Positions 37,834 through 48,058 of a DNA stretch of 64,000 nt are shown here, one piece after another. This DNA is from an uncultured Methanosarcinales archaeon (GTDB lineage: Archaea; Nanobdellota; Nanobdellia; Woesearchaeales; ARS49): NCBI GenBank assembly GCA_964362535.1, contig CAYIEN010000003.1, positions 6,018 through 70,017 on the forward strand, read 5' to 3'. The notes under the pieces were generated by a model. It ran no database searches, was not told where the DNA came from, and was given only the letters and a program-made list of their open reading frames with translations. The stretch's first letter is position 1, and every line of letters starts with the position of its first letter. The position numbers were made by a program, and so were the translations under genes.

Positions 37834-40598
37834 TCGGTCGCATCAATAATGCGTTGAACATCAATTTTACCGCTTTCCGTACGGCTCACGTCGAGGCCAT
37901 CCTCGCCGTATTTGAACTGGATAATCTTACCCGTCGCGTCACGGACCGTGCCGTCATACTCGACGCGCAAGTCCTGCAATGCGTTCGCCAAACGTCGGTA
38001 CAAATAACCAGACTTCGGCGTACGCAAGGCGGTGTCGACCAATGAGTCTCGACCTGTAACGTTACAGAAGAAAAACTCCTGCGGCGTCAAGCCTTTCTTG
38101 AAGTTGTTTCGCACGAAACCGTGCGCTGCAGGGCTCAAGTCGCCCTTGGTAAAGCATGAAAGTGTTCGTCCCTTGTAACCCTTGGTGATTCGGCTGCCAC
38201 GGAGTGCCTGTTGACCAACGACTGCCGAGATCTGTGACATTTGCAAAATGTTTCCTCGCGCGCCAGAGTCAACCATGATCTTGGTGTCCGTGTTCATCTT
38301 GGACTTTTCCTTGACCGTCTGACCTGCTTTGTTACGCGCCTTGTTGAGCAATTCCAAAATCTTCAATTCGAGCGTTTCGAAAACACTTCGACCAGGGAAT
38401 GCTTCCAACTTACCATCATGGTACTGCTGGATCAATGCCTGGACTTCGTTTTCGGTCTCGACCATTGTCGACTCGATTTGTTCTTGCGCCGCAACAGGTA
38501 AGTCGTAGTCGCTGATTAACGTGCTGAAACCCGTTCGTTGCAAATAGTCGCTGCTGAGCTTGAGCATTTTGTGCAAAATATCCGTTGAAACGTGCGAGCC
38601 ATACTGGCGGTGCAACGCGCGGAGCAAAAGTCCAGAACCCTCGCCACCAATCGCGTTTTCGTCAATAACTCCTTGCGTGAGCTTACCGTTCTTTACAACA
38701 ACTGGTTCGCTTGAGCGAGATGTTCCGGTGTAGTTGAAGTCGTCCGGCATCAATGTGCTGAACACATCTTTACCGTCAACCATTTTTTTGTTCGGCAACT
38801 TCGCGTACGTATCAACACCAATGCTGATGAGGAACTGAATTGCGTCTTCACGCGTAAATTCACCAAACTTTGTCAACGCGTATGCGCCTGACAATGCTTC
38901 TTGGATTCCACCGATGACCGGCAATCCGAATCTCGGCGAGATAATCTGCGTTCGGACATCCATTAAGATTTCCGCTTCAGCTCTCGCTTCTTCTGTCTGC
39001 GGAACGTGCAAGTTCATTTCGTCGCCGTCAAAGTCTGCGTTGTAAGGCGCACAAACTGCCGGGTTCAAACGCAACGTTCGACCAGGCAAGACTCGGACCT
39101 TGTGACACATCGTGCTCATTCTGTGCAAGCACGGCTGTCGGTTGAAAATAACAACGTCGCCGTCCATCATGTGACGTTCGACAACATAACCAGGCTGCAA
39201 TTCTTCGAGAGCTGCTTCCTTGGTCTCTTCCGTGATTTTCTTTTTCTTACCGTCCGGACGAACAACGTAGTTCGCGCCGGGATACGCGGTCGGACCGTTC
39301 TTGATGAAGTTCTTCAAGTACGCCATGTTCCACGGCTGCACAACTTCAGGAATCGTGACTTTCATCGCAACGACTTTGGGAACGCCAACTTCGTTGATCT
39401 TAATCATGGGGTCGGGCGAGATAACCGTACGGGCGCAGAAGTTCGTTCGCTTACCCGCGAGGTTGTGTCGAATACGACCTTCCTTGCTCTTGATACGCTC
39501 GGTCAACGTCTTCAACGGCTGACCAGATCGGTGTCGTGCCGGAGGCAACTGAGCGACATCGTTGTCAAAGAACGTTGTAACGTGATACTGGAGCAAGTCC
39601 CACAAGTCTTCAATAATGATTTCGGGAGCGCCTGCGTTAATGTTTTCGAACAAACGCTGGTTGATACGAACAATGTCGCCCATCTTGTGCGTCAAGTCGT
39701 CTTCCGAACGTTCGCCCGTTTCTAGCGTGATAGACGGACGCATCGTCACAGGAGGAACTGCTAATACGGTAAGAATCATCCATTCCGGTCTTGCGGTGAT
39801 GGGGTTCATCCCGAACATGATTGCGTCTTCGTCAGGAATCTTTTCCAAACGAGCACGAACTTCGATCGGGCTGATTCTGCGATCGCCTTCCATAAACGTG
39901 GTCGGCTTTTCGAGAACAATCTTGGTCTGCTTCGCGTTGCAGTGAGCGCACTTGCCGCCAGACTTCAAGCTGTCGATGATTGTCTTGATTGCTTTTCTGC
40001 GAGCGCGGAGGCCGCCTTCCTTCTCAATCTTTGCAAGAATATTCTTGCTCTTTTCCATCTTTTCCTGAGGAATCAAAATCTTACCGCACTCGTTGCACGT
40101 ACTGCGCAACAACGAAAGAATAACAGGAACGAACTTGATGTGCACAACAGGTCGTGCCAATTCGATGTAGCCGAAGTGACCAATACATTCCTTCAGCTTG
40201 CAACCGCACGTTTTACAGCGGAGACCCGGGTCGATAACGCCGAGTCGGATGTCCATCAAACCACCGTCGACAGGATAACCTTCCTTGTCGTAAAGTTCAG
40301 GCGTGACGACTTTGGCCGATGCCATTTTCTTGATCATTCGCGGGGAGAGAACTCCGAACACGATGCTTTGGACTTTCTTGTAAATAAAATGCGGTTGTGA
40401 GGATGAGATTTCCTTTCTTCCCGGTTCTGCAGAAACAGGAGCCGCAACAGCCTCGGTCTGCGGTTCGCTCGGAGCCGATCCCGCGACATCACCAGACTTC
40501 AACATGACTTCATCAACATTCTCTTCCGATTCCGGAGCGAGCTGTTCGATGTCGGCCTTTGTCTCTTTCGATGCTTTGGGTTTTGGCATTGTAATCAC
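37830..40598 (-). CDS. rpoA1: RNA polymerase subunit A' (Rpo1N)
   Basis: Catalytic [31 protein letters not shown]. Confidence 0.98.
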   Translation of the reverse strand: MITMPKPKASKETKADIEQLAPESEENVDEVMLKSGDVAGSAPSEPQTEAVAAPVSAEPGRKEISSSQPHFIYKKVQSIVFGVLSPRMIKKMASAKVVTPELYDKEGYPVDGGLMDIRLGVIDPGLRCKTCGCKLKECIGHFGYIELARPVVHIKFVPVILSLLRSTCNECGKILIPQEKMEKSKNILAKIEKEGGLRARRKAIKTIIDSLKSGGKCAHCNAKQTKIVLEKPTTFMEGDRRISPIEVRARLEKIPDEDAIMFGMNPITARPEWMILTVLAVPPVTMRPSITLETGERSEDDLTHKMGDIVRINQRLFENINAGAPEIIIEDLWDLLQYHVTTFFDNDVAQLPPARHRSGQPLKTLTERIKSKEGRIRHNLAGKRTNFCARTVISPDPMIKINEVGVPKVVAMKVTIPEVVQPWNMAYLKNFIKNGPTAYPGANYVVRPDGKKKKITEETKEAALEELQPGYVVERHMMDGDVVIFNRQPCLHRMSTMCHKVRVLPGRTLRLNPAVCAPYNADFDGDEMNLHVPQTEEARAEAEILMDVRTQIISPRFGLPVIGGIQEALSGAYALTKFGEFTREDAIQFLISIGVDTYAKLPNKKMVDGKDVFSTLMPDDFNYTGTSRSSEPVVVKNGKLTQGVIDENAIGGEGSGLLLRALHRQYGSHVSTDILHKMLKLSSDYLQRTGFSTLISDYDLPVAAQEQIESTMVETENEVQALIQQYHDGKLEAFPGRSVFETLELKILELLNKARNKAGQTVKEKSKMNTDTKIMVDSGARGNILQMSQISAVVGQQALRGSRITKGYKGRTLSCFTKGDLSPAAHGFVRNNFKKGLTPQEFFFCNVTGRDSLVDTALRTPKSGYLYRRLANALQDLRVEYDGTVRDATGKIIQFKYGEDGLDVSRTESGKIDVQRIIDATE

Positions 40599-40954
40599 GC
40601 ACTAAGTTTTTCTTCCAATGTTTTAATTGCTGCAATCATGTGCGGAATGTTTGTTTCAACTTCAGTCATGTCTTTGCATTCTCTGCTGAATTCAATTTTG
40701 TTTTTGCTATTGTGATCTCGTAACATGAGCTCCATGCGGAATGGATTGTAATTGCCCGTTTTTTCAACGAGCATGTGTCCAACAGCTTTTTCGTTATTAA
40801 AAACGAAATTGTACAAGTGGTGAGGCGCATCTGGAGGGTTTCGTGCATTTTTTGTTTGTTCAATATCATATGCAGGGCAAATTTTTTGCAGTTCTGCGTA
40901 CAACATCTGTTCGACCTTTTGTCCTTCTTCCAGTGTCATGAGTGATATTGCCAT
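40595..40954 (-). CDS. Hypothetical protein inserted in the RNA polymerase operon
   Basis: 119 aa; 1 nt after the rpoB1 stop and overlapping the rpoA1 start. Confidence 0.75.
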   Translation of the reverse strand: MAISLMTLEEGQKVEQMLYAELQKICPAYDIEQTKNARNPPDAPHHLYNFVFNNEKAVGHMLVEKTGNYNPFRMELMLRDHNSKNKIEFSRECKDMTEVETNIPHMIAAIKTLEEKLSA

Positions 40955-40955
40955 T

Positions 40956-42761
40956 TTAGTACTTGCTCTTCAAGACCATCTTCGGATAAATTCCGAGAGA
41001 CTTGAATTCGTCAAGGATTAATTTGAATGCGTAGCTGATTTCGACATCGTTGACTTCGGTGTTCTCGCCGCAAATCGGACAGTAACGCTTGTTCTTGTAC
41101 GGGTCGTGAATCGCGATGATACCGCAGTTCTCGCAAATCGGAACAACTGTTTTGTCCGAGTCGAAACGTTCCTTCAACAACATGGAAGCGCCGTGCGCGA
41201 CAAGCGTGTCCTTTTCCATTTCTCCAAATCGCAAACCGCCTTCCTTTGCGCGACCTTCGGTCGGCTGGCGCGTAAGCAACTGGATGGGACCGCGGGCTCG
41301 CGACTGAATCTTGTTCGCGACCATATGCTTTAATCTCAAGTAATACATAGGACCGACATAAATCTTGGCCTGGAATTGTTCGCCCGTGATACCGTTGTAG
41401 AACGTTTCAACACCGTTCTCGCGGAAACCCAACGACTGCAATTCTTTTCTGATGGCTTCTTCAGGCTCGGCTTCGAAAGGCGTGCCGTCGATGTATCGGC
41501 CGCCAAGAGCGCCGACTTTGCTACCAATCAATTCAATTAAGTGTGAGAACGTCATTCGCGAAGGCAACGAGTGCGGCGAGAACAACATATCAGGAACAAT
41601 ACCTGAAGCGGTGAACGGCATGTCCGCGCTCGGAACAACCAAACCAACAACTCCCTTCTGACCGTGACGCGACGTAAACTTGTCGCCCACTTCAGGAATA
41701 CGCTGGTCTCGCAATCGAACCTGTACAAGCTTGTTACCTTCTTCGTTTTCTGTGATAAGGACAAAGTCAACAATACCTTCTTCGCCGTGCTTCAACGCAA
41801 CGCTCGATTCACGACGCGTGTTGCCCGCAAGACTGTATTCTTCCAATGAGTTCAAGAATCGCGGAGGAGAAGTTTTACCGATGATAACGTCTTCTTCTCG
41901 GACCTTTGCTTCCGGATAAATAATACCGTCGCCTTCCAAGTAGCGGTAGTCTTTTTCACTCTTGTAACCCTTGACTTCCTTGTCGGGAACCGCGATGTCA
42001 TCCATTAAGCCGCCAGAGTAACGCAATTCTTCCGCGCCTTCAGGGTGGAAGAACGTGCTTCGAGCGAAACCTCGGTCAATACTACCTTTGTTGATGATGA
42101 TTGCGTCTTCCATCGTGTAGCCACGGTAGCTCATAACCGCGACAACAACGTTCTGACCGCTCGCGTGCTTATCATAATGGCTCAATTCGTGCATCATGCT
42201 TTGAACGAGAGGCTTTTGCGGATAGTGCAAGACGTTAATGTCCATGTCCATTCGCGTGTGATAGTTCGCCGCGTACAATCCCATCGACTGACGCAAGTTC
42301 TTAACGCTAATAATAGCTCGAGGAGCGTGGCAATAGTTCGCGTACGGCATTAAGCTCGCACTCAAACCAAGCATTGCAACAGGAGAAATTTCTAAGTGCG
42401 TGTGTTCAGGAGTAAGATCAGCTTCTTGGAATGCAACCAATGCGTTTTCTTCTTCGCTTGCGTCAAGGAATTCGATAACGCCCTGTTCGAGCAAATCATT
42501 CCAACCAATTTCGTTCTTTTGCAACTGCTTGATGTGCTTCTCAGTCAGCATCGGAATGCCGTCCTTGACAACAATCAACGGTCGTCTTAATCGACCGCGG
42601 CCAGACTCGACCGTAATGCGATTCAATGATTCATTGTAAAACAAGTTGACTTGGTGAGCGACCGTTCCCTTGCGTCGTTCGGACTTAATCTGCTTGAGGA
42701 ATTCTTCCTTGTGCTCGACGTCGCCGACATACTTGCCGTTGAGGAATACTTCGGTACTCAT
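40956..42761 (-). CDS. rpoB1: RNA polymerase subunit B' (Rpo2C)
   Basis: GDKFTSRHGQKG, LKHMV, GGLRFGEME, C-terminal zinc site. Confidence 0.97.
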   Translation of the reverse strand: MSTEVFLNGKYVGDVEHKEEFLKQIKSERRKGTVAHQVNLFYNESLNRITVESGRGRLRRPLIVVKDGIPMLTEKHIKQLQKNEIGWNDLLEQGVIEFLDASEEENALVAFQEADLTPEHTHLEISPVAMLGLSASLMPYANYCHAPRAIISVKNLRQSMGLYAANYHTRMDMDINVLHYPQKPLVQSMMHELSHYDKHASGQNVVVAVMSYRGYTMEDAIIINKGSIDRGFARSTFFHPEGAEELRYSGGLMDDIAVPDKEVKGYKSEKDYRYLEGDGIIYPEAKVREEDVIIGKTSPPRFLNSLEEYSLAGNTRRESSVALKHGEEGIVDFVLITENEEGNKLVQVRLRDQRIPEVGDKFTSRHGQKGVVGLVVPSADMPFTASGIVPDMLFSPHSLPSRMTFSHLIELIGSKVGALGGRYIDGTPFEAEPEEAIRKELQSLGFRENGVETFYNGITGEQFQAKIYVGPMYYLRLKHMVANKIQSRARGPIQLLTRQPTEGRAKEGGLRFGEMEKDTLVAHGASMLLKERFDSDKTVVPICENCGIIAIHDPYKNKRYCPICGENTEVNDVEISYAFKLILDEFKSLGIYPKMVLKSKY

Positions 42762-44245
42762 TGTGAAATCTCCTTCATGCCTGCGTGCTTCAACGCGGCC
42801 AATACTTCAGGTTCTTCTGCTTCGCGTGATACTTGTGCGAGGAGTGCGAGGTTCTTTCTGAGACCGATGTTGGTACCTTCAGGAGTTTCGCACGGGCACA
42901 AACGACCGAGGTGCGTTGCGTGAAGTTCTCGTGCTGCGAAGTTTTCTTGGCTTGAGCTAAGCGGAGAAACAACTCGCTGCAAGTGCGACATCTTGTCCAA
43001 ATGATTGATGCGCTGCATTCGTTGCGAGATTCCCTTACGCGAACCGACCCAGTTGCCCGTGGCCATCGCGCTGTAAATTCTCGACGTGAGAAGCTTTTCT
43101 CTGATAATAACTTTGATGCTGGGGAACTTGCCACGCTTGACAAGTCGTTGGAAGTTGTAGAGCAAGTCGCCGATCAAAACCTTCAAGTTCACGCGGAACA
43201 AGTCGGTAAGCAAGTCGCCTGCGAGCTTCAATCTCTTGTTGCCGTAATGGTCCTTGTCGTCCTGCGCGATTTCCTTGTTCGCGACAAGCATGAATTTGCG
43301 GAGCATCTTGCAAAGATTTCTTGCCTTTGCAATTCTGTTTTCTTTCTTGATGCCGAGATGGGGAAGCAAGTATTTGTCGAGGAGCTCGTCCATTCGTTCC
43401 AAACGAACATCCTTCGCCTGCGTGATGCCGACCTTCTTCGCGACATTGTCGATCGCGTCATCCATCGTCTTGATGTTGGCGTGCTCGAACAAGTTAATGA
43501 GAATTTCGTCAAACTGGCGTTCCTTGCTGACCGCATTCATGATATCTTCGTCCTTCAAAAGACCCAATGCCTTGATCAACATGATAAGCGGAACTCGCTT
43601 GACTCGCGTGAATGAAAGGTAGAAGACGCCGTCCTTGAGGCGTTCGATGGTGTGCGGAACACGGAATGCCGCGAATTCGCTGTAAATCTTGCCGACGTAT
43701 TCTGACGTTCCACCGTCGTGCTCGATGGTGAACTGGTTTGCCGCGAGATCTTCAACATTAACGAGAACTCGCTCAGTACCGTTGATAACGAAATAGCCAC
43801 CAGGGTCGTCAGGATCCTCTCCCTTTTCCATCAATTCATCGCGGCCCATCTTGTGCAAGTGGCACAAATTGCTCTTCAACATGATAGGCAAGCTACCGAT
43901 TTGCGTCGTGATACTCTCACGCTGCACTTCATTGATATGGCTCGAAACTTCGAGGAAAACAGGAGCTGCATACGAGATTTTTCTCAATCGTGCTTCAACC
44001 GGATAAATAGGACGCTTGCTACCGTCGGCTTCCGTGATTTCAGGCTTGCCGATAATGATTTTGTCAAATCGAATCTTGAACGATTCAACATTCGGAGGAA
44101 TAATTGTCGGCTCGATAATTTTGCTTTCATCGACGACACGTTGCAACATTTTTTCAACAAAATCGTTGAAGCTTTCAATATTGGAACGAACGAGCGAATT
44201 CTCCTGGAAGTATTTTTCGAAAATAAGCTTTGAGTAACTCGCCAT
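42758..44245 (-). CDS. rpoB2: RNA polymerase subunit B'' (Rpo2N)
   Basis: DPGGYFVINGTE, DDKDHYGNKRL, LCPCETPEGTNIGL. Confidence 0.97.
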   Translation of the reverse strand: MASYSKLIFEKYFQENSLVRSNIESFNDFVEKMLQRVVDESKIIEPTIIPPNVESFKIRFDKIIIGKPEITEADGSKRPIYPVEARLRKISYAAPVFLEVSSHINEVQRESITTQIGSLPIMLKSNLCHLHKMGRDELMEKGEDPDDPGGYFVINGTERVLVNVEDLAANQFTIEHDGGTSEYVGKIYSEFAAFRVPHTIERLKDGVFYLSFTRVKRVPLIMLIKALGLLKDEDIMNAVSKERQFDEILINLFEHANIKTMDDAIDNVAKKVGITQAKDVRLERMDELLDKYLLPHLGIKKENRIAKARNLCKMLRKFMLVANKEIAQDDKDHYGNKRLKLAGDLLTDLFRVNLKVLIGDLLYNFQRLVKRGKFPSIKVIIREKLLTSRIYSAMATGNWVGSRKGISQRMQRINHLDKMSHLQRVVSPLSSSQENFAARELHATHLGRLCPCETPEGTNIGLRKNLALLAQVSREAEEPEVLAALKHAGMKEISQ

Positions 44246-44246
44246 A

Positions 44247-44489
44247 TTAACCCGTCACCACACGTCGGTAAAACACGGTTTCGCCCGCTGTCGGCGAAGG
44301 GCGAGTAATCTTGACAATGTCATCTTCCTGCACATTCAAATCTTCAATCGCAGGATCAGAAATGAGAATACGAGGTAATTGGTATGCCGTAATACTGTAC
44401 TTTTCGAGAAGTTCTTTTACTTCCTTATCAGACGCCTTCGAATGTTTAGGGACAAGTGTGTGCTTGGTGACGTCGTATTTTGCTTTCAT
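44247..44489 (-). CDS. rpoH: RNA polymerase subunit H (Rpo5)
   Basis: HTLVPKH, QLPRILISDP, SPTAGETVFYRRV. Confidence 0.96.
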   Translation of the reverse strand: MKAKYDVTKHTLVPKHSKASDKEVKELLEKYSITAYQLPRILISDPAIEDLNVQEDDIVKITRPSPTAGETVFYRRVVTG

Positions 44490-44560
44490 TCGCGAGGTTC
44501 CTCACTTCTGAATGTCTCACACCGGGGTGCGGTGCACGTTGTCTGCTCTTCTATTCGGCT

Positions 44561-44642
44561 ACGGGCCACAAGGCAATCTCGGATCTTGCGATCCTCGAAG
44601 CCTTGGCCCCGTTCGCGCCTTCGGCGCTCACGGGCCACAAGG
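44561..44642. repeat. 13-bp direct repeat of the tRNA-Lys 3' end flanking a 56-bp palindromic insert
   Basis: ACGGGCCACAAGG at 44561-44573 and 44630-44642. Confidence 0.75.
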
Positions 44643-44704
44643 GATTTGAACCCTTAACCCACTGGTTAAAAGCCAGTTGCTCTACCAGGTTGAGCTAGTG
44701 GCCC
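44631..44704 (-). tRNA. tRNA-Lys (UUU); CCA not encoded
   Basis: GGGCCAC/GTGGCCC acceptor stem, ACTGG-CTTTTAA-CCAGT anticodon arm, GGTTCAAATCC T arm. Confidence 0.96.
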
Positions 44705-44908
44705 AACGTTTAATCGCACTCACTCTGTAGAGTGATGCGTGAGTGTTGAGCAACTTGTCTTCCGTGGTAGAATAATTGTGAATGGTTTTCCCCTCAAAGC
44801 GCGCTATGGCTATATATAAAGTAAAGCCAAGAAACAAGGGGGTTGTTTATAAAGCTTGTGGTTTCATGAGTAAAAAAGAAGAAAAAAACAAAGAAAAACC
44901 TGTTTTCC

Positions 44909-45097
44909 TTACTTCTTCTGGCAATCTTTGCAATTCGCGCTTGCAATACCGCCAATTCCCCACAAGAGGAACAACACGGTCCACCAGCTCAAATTCCAGA
45001 AATTCCAAATGTTCAAGTTCTGCAACAAGAAGCAGATACCTGCAAGCAGCATCAATATGCCGCAAATCTTTTGACACTTTGTACATCCGCCCATCAT
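44909..45097 (-). CDS. Small two-TM membrane protein with CxxC at both ends
   Basis: CTKC..TM..TM..CKDC; GAGGTGA SD. Confidence 0.7.
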   Translation of the reverse strand: MMGGCTKCQKICGILMLLAGICFLLQNLNIWNFWNLSWWTVLFLLWGIGGIASANCKDCQKK

Positions 45098-45140
45098 GGG
45101 AATCACCTCATTTTTAACTCTCTTTATCTAGCAGAATCAA

Positions 45141-45425
45141 TCATTTTACTCTATTTAAAGTTTGCTTGCGCTTTTGCGACCAAAACCACCAATTTCGCTT
45201 TTCCCTAGTCAAATTCGGGTATTTTGCCTGCATGATTGCTGCTTGGAAGACATCCTGACAGCAAATATCGACCTTTCCCTTCTTGGCACAAAGAGCTCTA
45301 TATAGAGTGACCGCGTTCTTGGACTTTAGCTGTTCAACTGTTTTGATGCCCAACAGGTGAAAATCCCGCTCCATCGCAGGACCAACAGAAACCAAATCAG
45401 TGAGTTTACGTTGTTTGGAAAGCAT
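45141..45425 (-). CDS. Helix-hairpin-helix protein (Cdd1/McrB mitomycin-resistance-like)
   Basis: LVSVGPAMERDFHLLGI..LY..LC..DICCQDVF..WWFWS. Confidence 0.8.
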   Translation of the reverse strand: MLSKQRKLTDLVSVGPAMERDFHLLGIKTVEQLKSKNAVTLYRALCAKKGKVDICCQDVFQAAIMQAKYPNLTREKRNWWFWSQKRKQTLNRVK

Positions 45426-45517
45426 TTATTAACCCACATTCGTTGTTTCAATTTATGCGACAAAAGGCTCCTTACGCAAAAACCTGGAAAGAATCATTGC
45501 AGGAAGCATTCTGCGAC

Positions 45518-45985
45518 TTAGTGACAGGTATTTTTGCCTTTTTTAGCTAAATACTTCTGGTGATATTCTTCCGCAGGATAAAACATCACGGCTTTTGAGA
45601 TTTGCGTGACTACTTTCTTTCCGAGACGCTTTTCGGTTGCCATCTTTGATTGTTCAGCTTCCTTCTTTTGTTCTTCAGAGTGGAAAAAGATTGCTGAACG
45701 GTATTGTGAACCTTCATCCGGACCTTGGCGGTTCAATGTGGTTGGGTTGTGGTTTTCCCAGAAAATCTTTAGCAATGCGCTGTAAGAAACTTTATCGGTA
45801 TCAAACGTGACTTCAATCGCCTCCGCGTGGCCTGTCTCGTCCGTGCATACGGCGTCATACGTCGGATTCTTCATCGCGCCACCAGTATAACCAACTCTGG
45901 TCGAAATTACTCCGGAAACTGCGTCGAATAACGTTTGAACGCCCCAGAAACAGCCTGCTGCAAATGTCGCGAGTTCTTTTTTCAT
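45518..45985 (-). CDS. msrA: Peptide methionine (S)-S-oxide reductase
   Basis: AAGCFWG, GYTGG, GHAE, QYRSAIF, AEEYHQKY. Confidence 0.97.
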   Translation of the reverse strand: MKKELATFAAGCFWGVQTLFDAVSGVISTRVGYTGGAMKNPTYDAVCTDETGHAEAIEVTFDTDKVSYSALLKIFWENHNPTTLNRQGPDEGSQYRSAIFFHSEEQKKEAEQSKMATEKRLGKKVVTQISKAVMFYPAEEYHQKYLAKKGKNTCH

Positions 45986-46006
45986 AGTCTAATACAAACG
46001 GAAGAA

Positions 46007-46663
46007 CTATTTAACAATTTCCAAAAACCCGTATTTTACGGCGTGTTCATGCGCCGCTTTCTCAAACTGCACTCTGCCCATGCCTGACTGTAAGATATTG
46101 CCGCCCATCGCGCGTACATTCCGTTGGTGCATACTATTCTCAACTAACTGATTCACCACCGCACAATATCCTACTCGACCAAACATTTCCGAAAAACATT
46201 CAAGCGCAGTCTTTGCATGCTGCTCAATTTGCTTGTTCGCGCGTTGCTCATCAGTACTAATAAGTTTAATTTCGAAAACAACACCCAACTGTTTCGCAAA
46301 CCGAACATCATCAACTTCCCCAATTTTGCTATGCGCACGCATCTGCTCCTCACGAGACATCGCATCAGTGATGCGATAATACAAACTATGCTGCCCACGC
46401 ACATCATCACGAACCACATATTTTTCGGAAACCAACGGTAACGATGGCGTTACAATATCTGTATTTGCCCCATCGCGAATCGCGTCAAGTGCGTCAGACA
46501 AATACCACTCTGAAAACTTGCTCAACATCTGCGGCCACTGCAAACCAGAAACTAACTTGCGATGATCATCAGAACAAATCTTTCCCCAATCAGGATCAAT
46601 CTCAGGCAACAACGCACAAACCTGTTCGAGAACACTATTTGAGGTGAACTTCATAAAACCCAC
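46007..46663 (-). CDS. Hypothetical protein, possibly a PD-(D/E)xK nuclease fold
   Basis: GEVDDV..VVFEIKL..KQ spacing. Confidence 0.55.
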   Translation of the reverse strand: MGFMKFTSNSVLEQVCALLPEIDPDWGKICSDDHRKLVSGLQWPQMLSKFSEWYLSDALDAIRDGANTDIVTPSLPLVSEKYVVRDDVRGQHSLYYRITDAMSREEQMRAHSKIGEVDDVRFAKQLGVVFEIKLISTDEQRANKQIEQHAKTALECFSEMFGRVGYCAVVNQLVENSMHQRNVRAMGGNILQSGMGRVQFEKAAHEHAVKYGFLEIVK

Positions 46664-46697
46664 TCACCCCTCCACAGACGTCTTACTGAATGCTGAA

Positions 46698-46769
46698 CGC
46701 CCTGGCCGGGATTTGAACCCGGGTCGGAACCGCGACAGGGTTCCATCCTAACCGCTAGACTACCAGAGC
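46698..46769 (-). tRNA. tRNA-Asp (GUC); CCA not encoded
   Basis: GCTCTGG/CCAGGGC acceptor stem, GAACC-CTGTCGC-GGTTC anticodon arm, T arm. Confidence 0.95.
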
Positions 46770-46875
46770 AATATACTCACCCTTCCTTCGAGTTGCTTTA
46801 TAAAGATTATGGTGAGGAATGTCTTTGTTTGTCCACGCAAACCTTTAAAAGCAGTCCAGCGTGACTATGCATAGT

Positions 46876-47006
46876 CCCCTCCTAGCTCAACGGTGGAGCG
46901 TCCGGCTGTAGACGAAAAGTCACTCGCAGACCATGGTCCCAGGACCAGGAATGAACGCGAGTCAGCAGAACCCGGAAGGCTGCTGGTTCAAATCCGGCGG
47001 AGGGGA
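46876..47006 (+). tRNA. tRNA-Tyr (GUA) with a 59-nt intron at position 37/38 (46912-46970)
   Basis: CCCCTCC/GGAGGGG-A acceptor stem (C1:G72, A73); TCCGG-CTGTAG...C-CCGGA; BHB-like CUGU/GCAG helix with AGA and AAC bulges. Confidence 0.93.
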
Positions 47007-47225
47007 TATTTTTTGATTTGGACCAGCAAGTTTGTTTTTGGTCATTACAGCCTATAACGCTAGAAAACTGCATTTCTTCATTTTTTAGTTGTTTTGTCAT
47101 TTGTCGAAAATGCTCAAAATTGAACGAAACTTGATGGAATCCTGCCATTTTCACTCTTTCAGGAGGTTGAGTGTGAATGAAATTAATAAATCCATCCCTG
47201 GCAAAACGGATTTGAACCGTTAAGT

Positions 47226-47939
47226 TCAGTTTGAAACTGTTAGTTGCAAATCAACTGGGAATGTCAGGTAAGATCTTATCTTTTTGTTAAAAGTAACATT
47301 CATATCTTTAACGATGTATTTCGCAGATATATCTGCATCAAAAAAACAAATTCCGCAGCCTGTTGAAACAGCACTCACATTTTCTCCCGGTTTCATTTTA
47401 AGAGGATTGAAAGTGAATGAAGCATAGCTTCTATCTTTTCCTGCAAAAGGGTAACAATTAGCTTTTTTAAAACCTTGAATTACATCTTTATTTCCTAAGG
47501 GGATTATACGTTCAGCTCGAGAAGGTAATAACGGAACTTGATAGTATTCATCGTAGTCTTCAGGCATCTCACAAGAATGAATAAAAATATCTACCTCCCG
47601 AAAAGTGTAATCTCCGGTATTTGTTACAATCAAGGGCAGGTATTCGCCAAATGCAGCGGAATAAAGGAAAGGCGAAATTTCTACTTCAATATTAGGCACT
47701 TTTTGCAAATCATCGCGAATTTGAGCATAATTGTAGGATACCTGAAGTTGTATGCAAAATAAAAGTACTGAAAACAAAATGAACAAAAATAAAAAGCGTC
47801 TTTTAACGCTAAAAAAGTTTGCGATTAAATGTGTTGTGCGATTCCAAGTTCCGTGAATGTGTTGGTAACAATTGTTTGTTCCTTCAGATGCCTCTCTATC
47901 ACAAGGGTTGCCTTCATTAGTAGTTCCTTGGCATTTCAC
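47226..47939 (-). CDS. Membrane-anchored hypothetical protein with an N-terminal CCCH-type motif
   Basis: C-x9-C-x10-CxxH, then a TM helix and a beta-rich domain; AT-rich. Confidence 0.7.
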   Translation of the reverse strand: MKCQGTTNEGNPCDREASEGTNNCYQHIHGTWNRTTHLIANFFSVKRRFLFLFILFSVLLFCIQLQVSYNYAQIRDDLQKVPNIEVEISPFLYSAAFGEYLPLIVTNTGDYTFREVDIFIHSCEMPEDYDEYYQVPLLPSRAERIIPLGNKDVIQGFKKANCYPFAGKDRSYASFTFNPLKMKPGENVSAVSTGCGICFFDADISAKYIVKDMNVTFNKKIRSYLTFPVDLQLTVSN

Positions 47940-48058
47940 AAAGAATTGGTTTCGTAAACCTTATTTAAGGATTATGTGCTTTAATTCGTGACGGGGGTCA
48001 AAAAGGGGGTGTAAACCCTCGTCTTGGTTTTATCAGTTCATTCTGCGTATGTTTGGTC

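Noticed and set aside
36700..44245. Inteins in the RNA polymerase subunits
   Set aside because: Lengths are ordinary and no splicing motifs were seen.
47205..47221. Minus-strand AACGG-TTCAAAT-CCGTT, resembling a tRNA T arm or att remnant
   Set aside because: No other tRNA arms are present and the stem matches neither neighbouring tRNA. It follows a stop codon and runs into Ts, so a terminator hairpin is the simpler reading.
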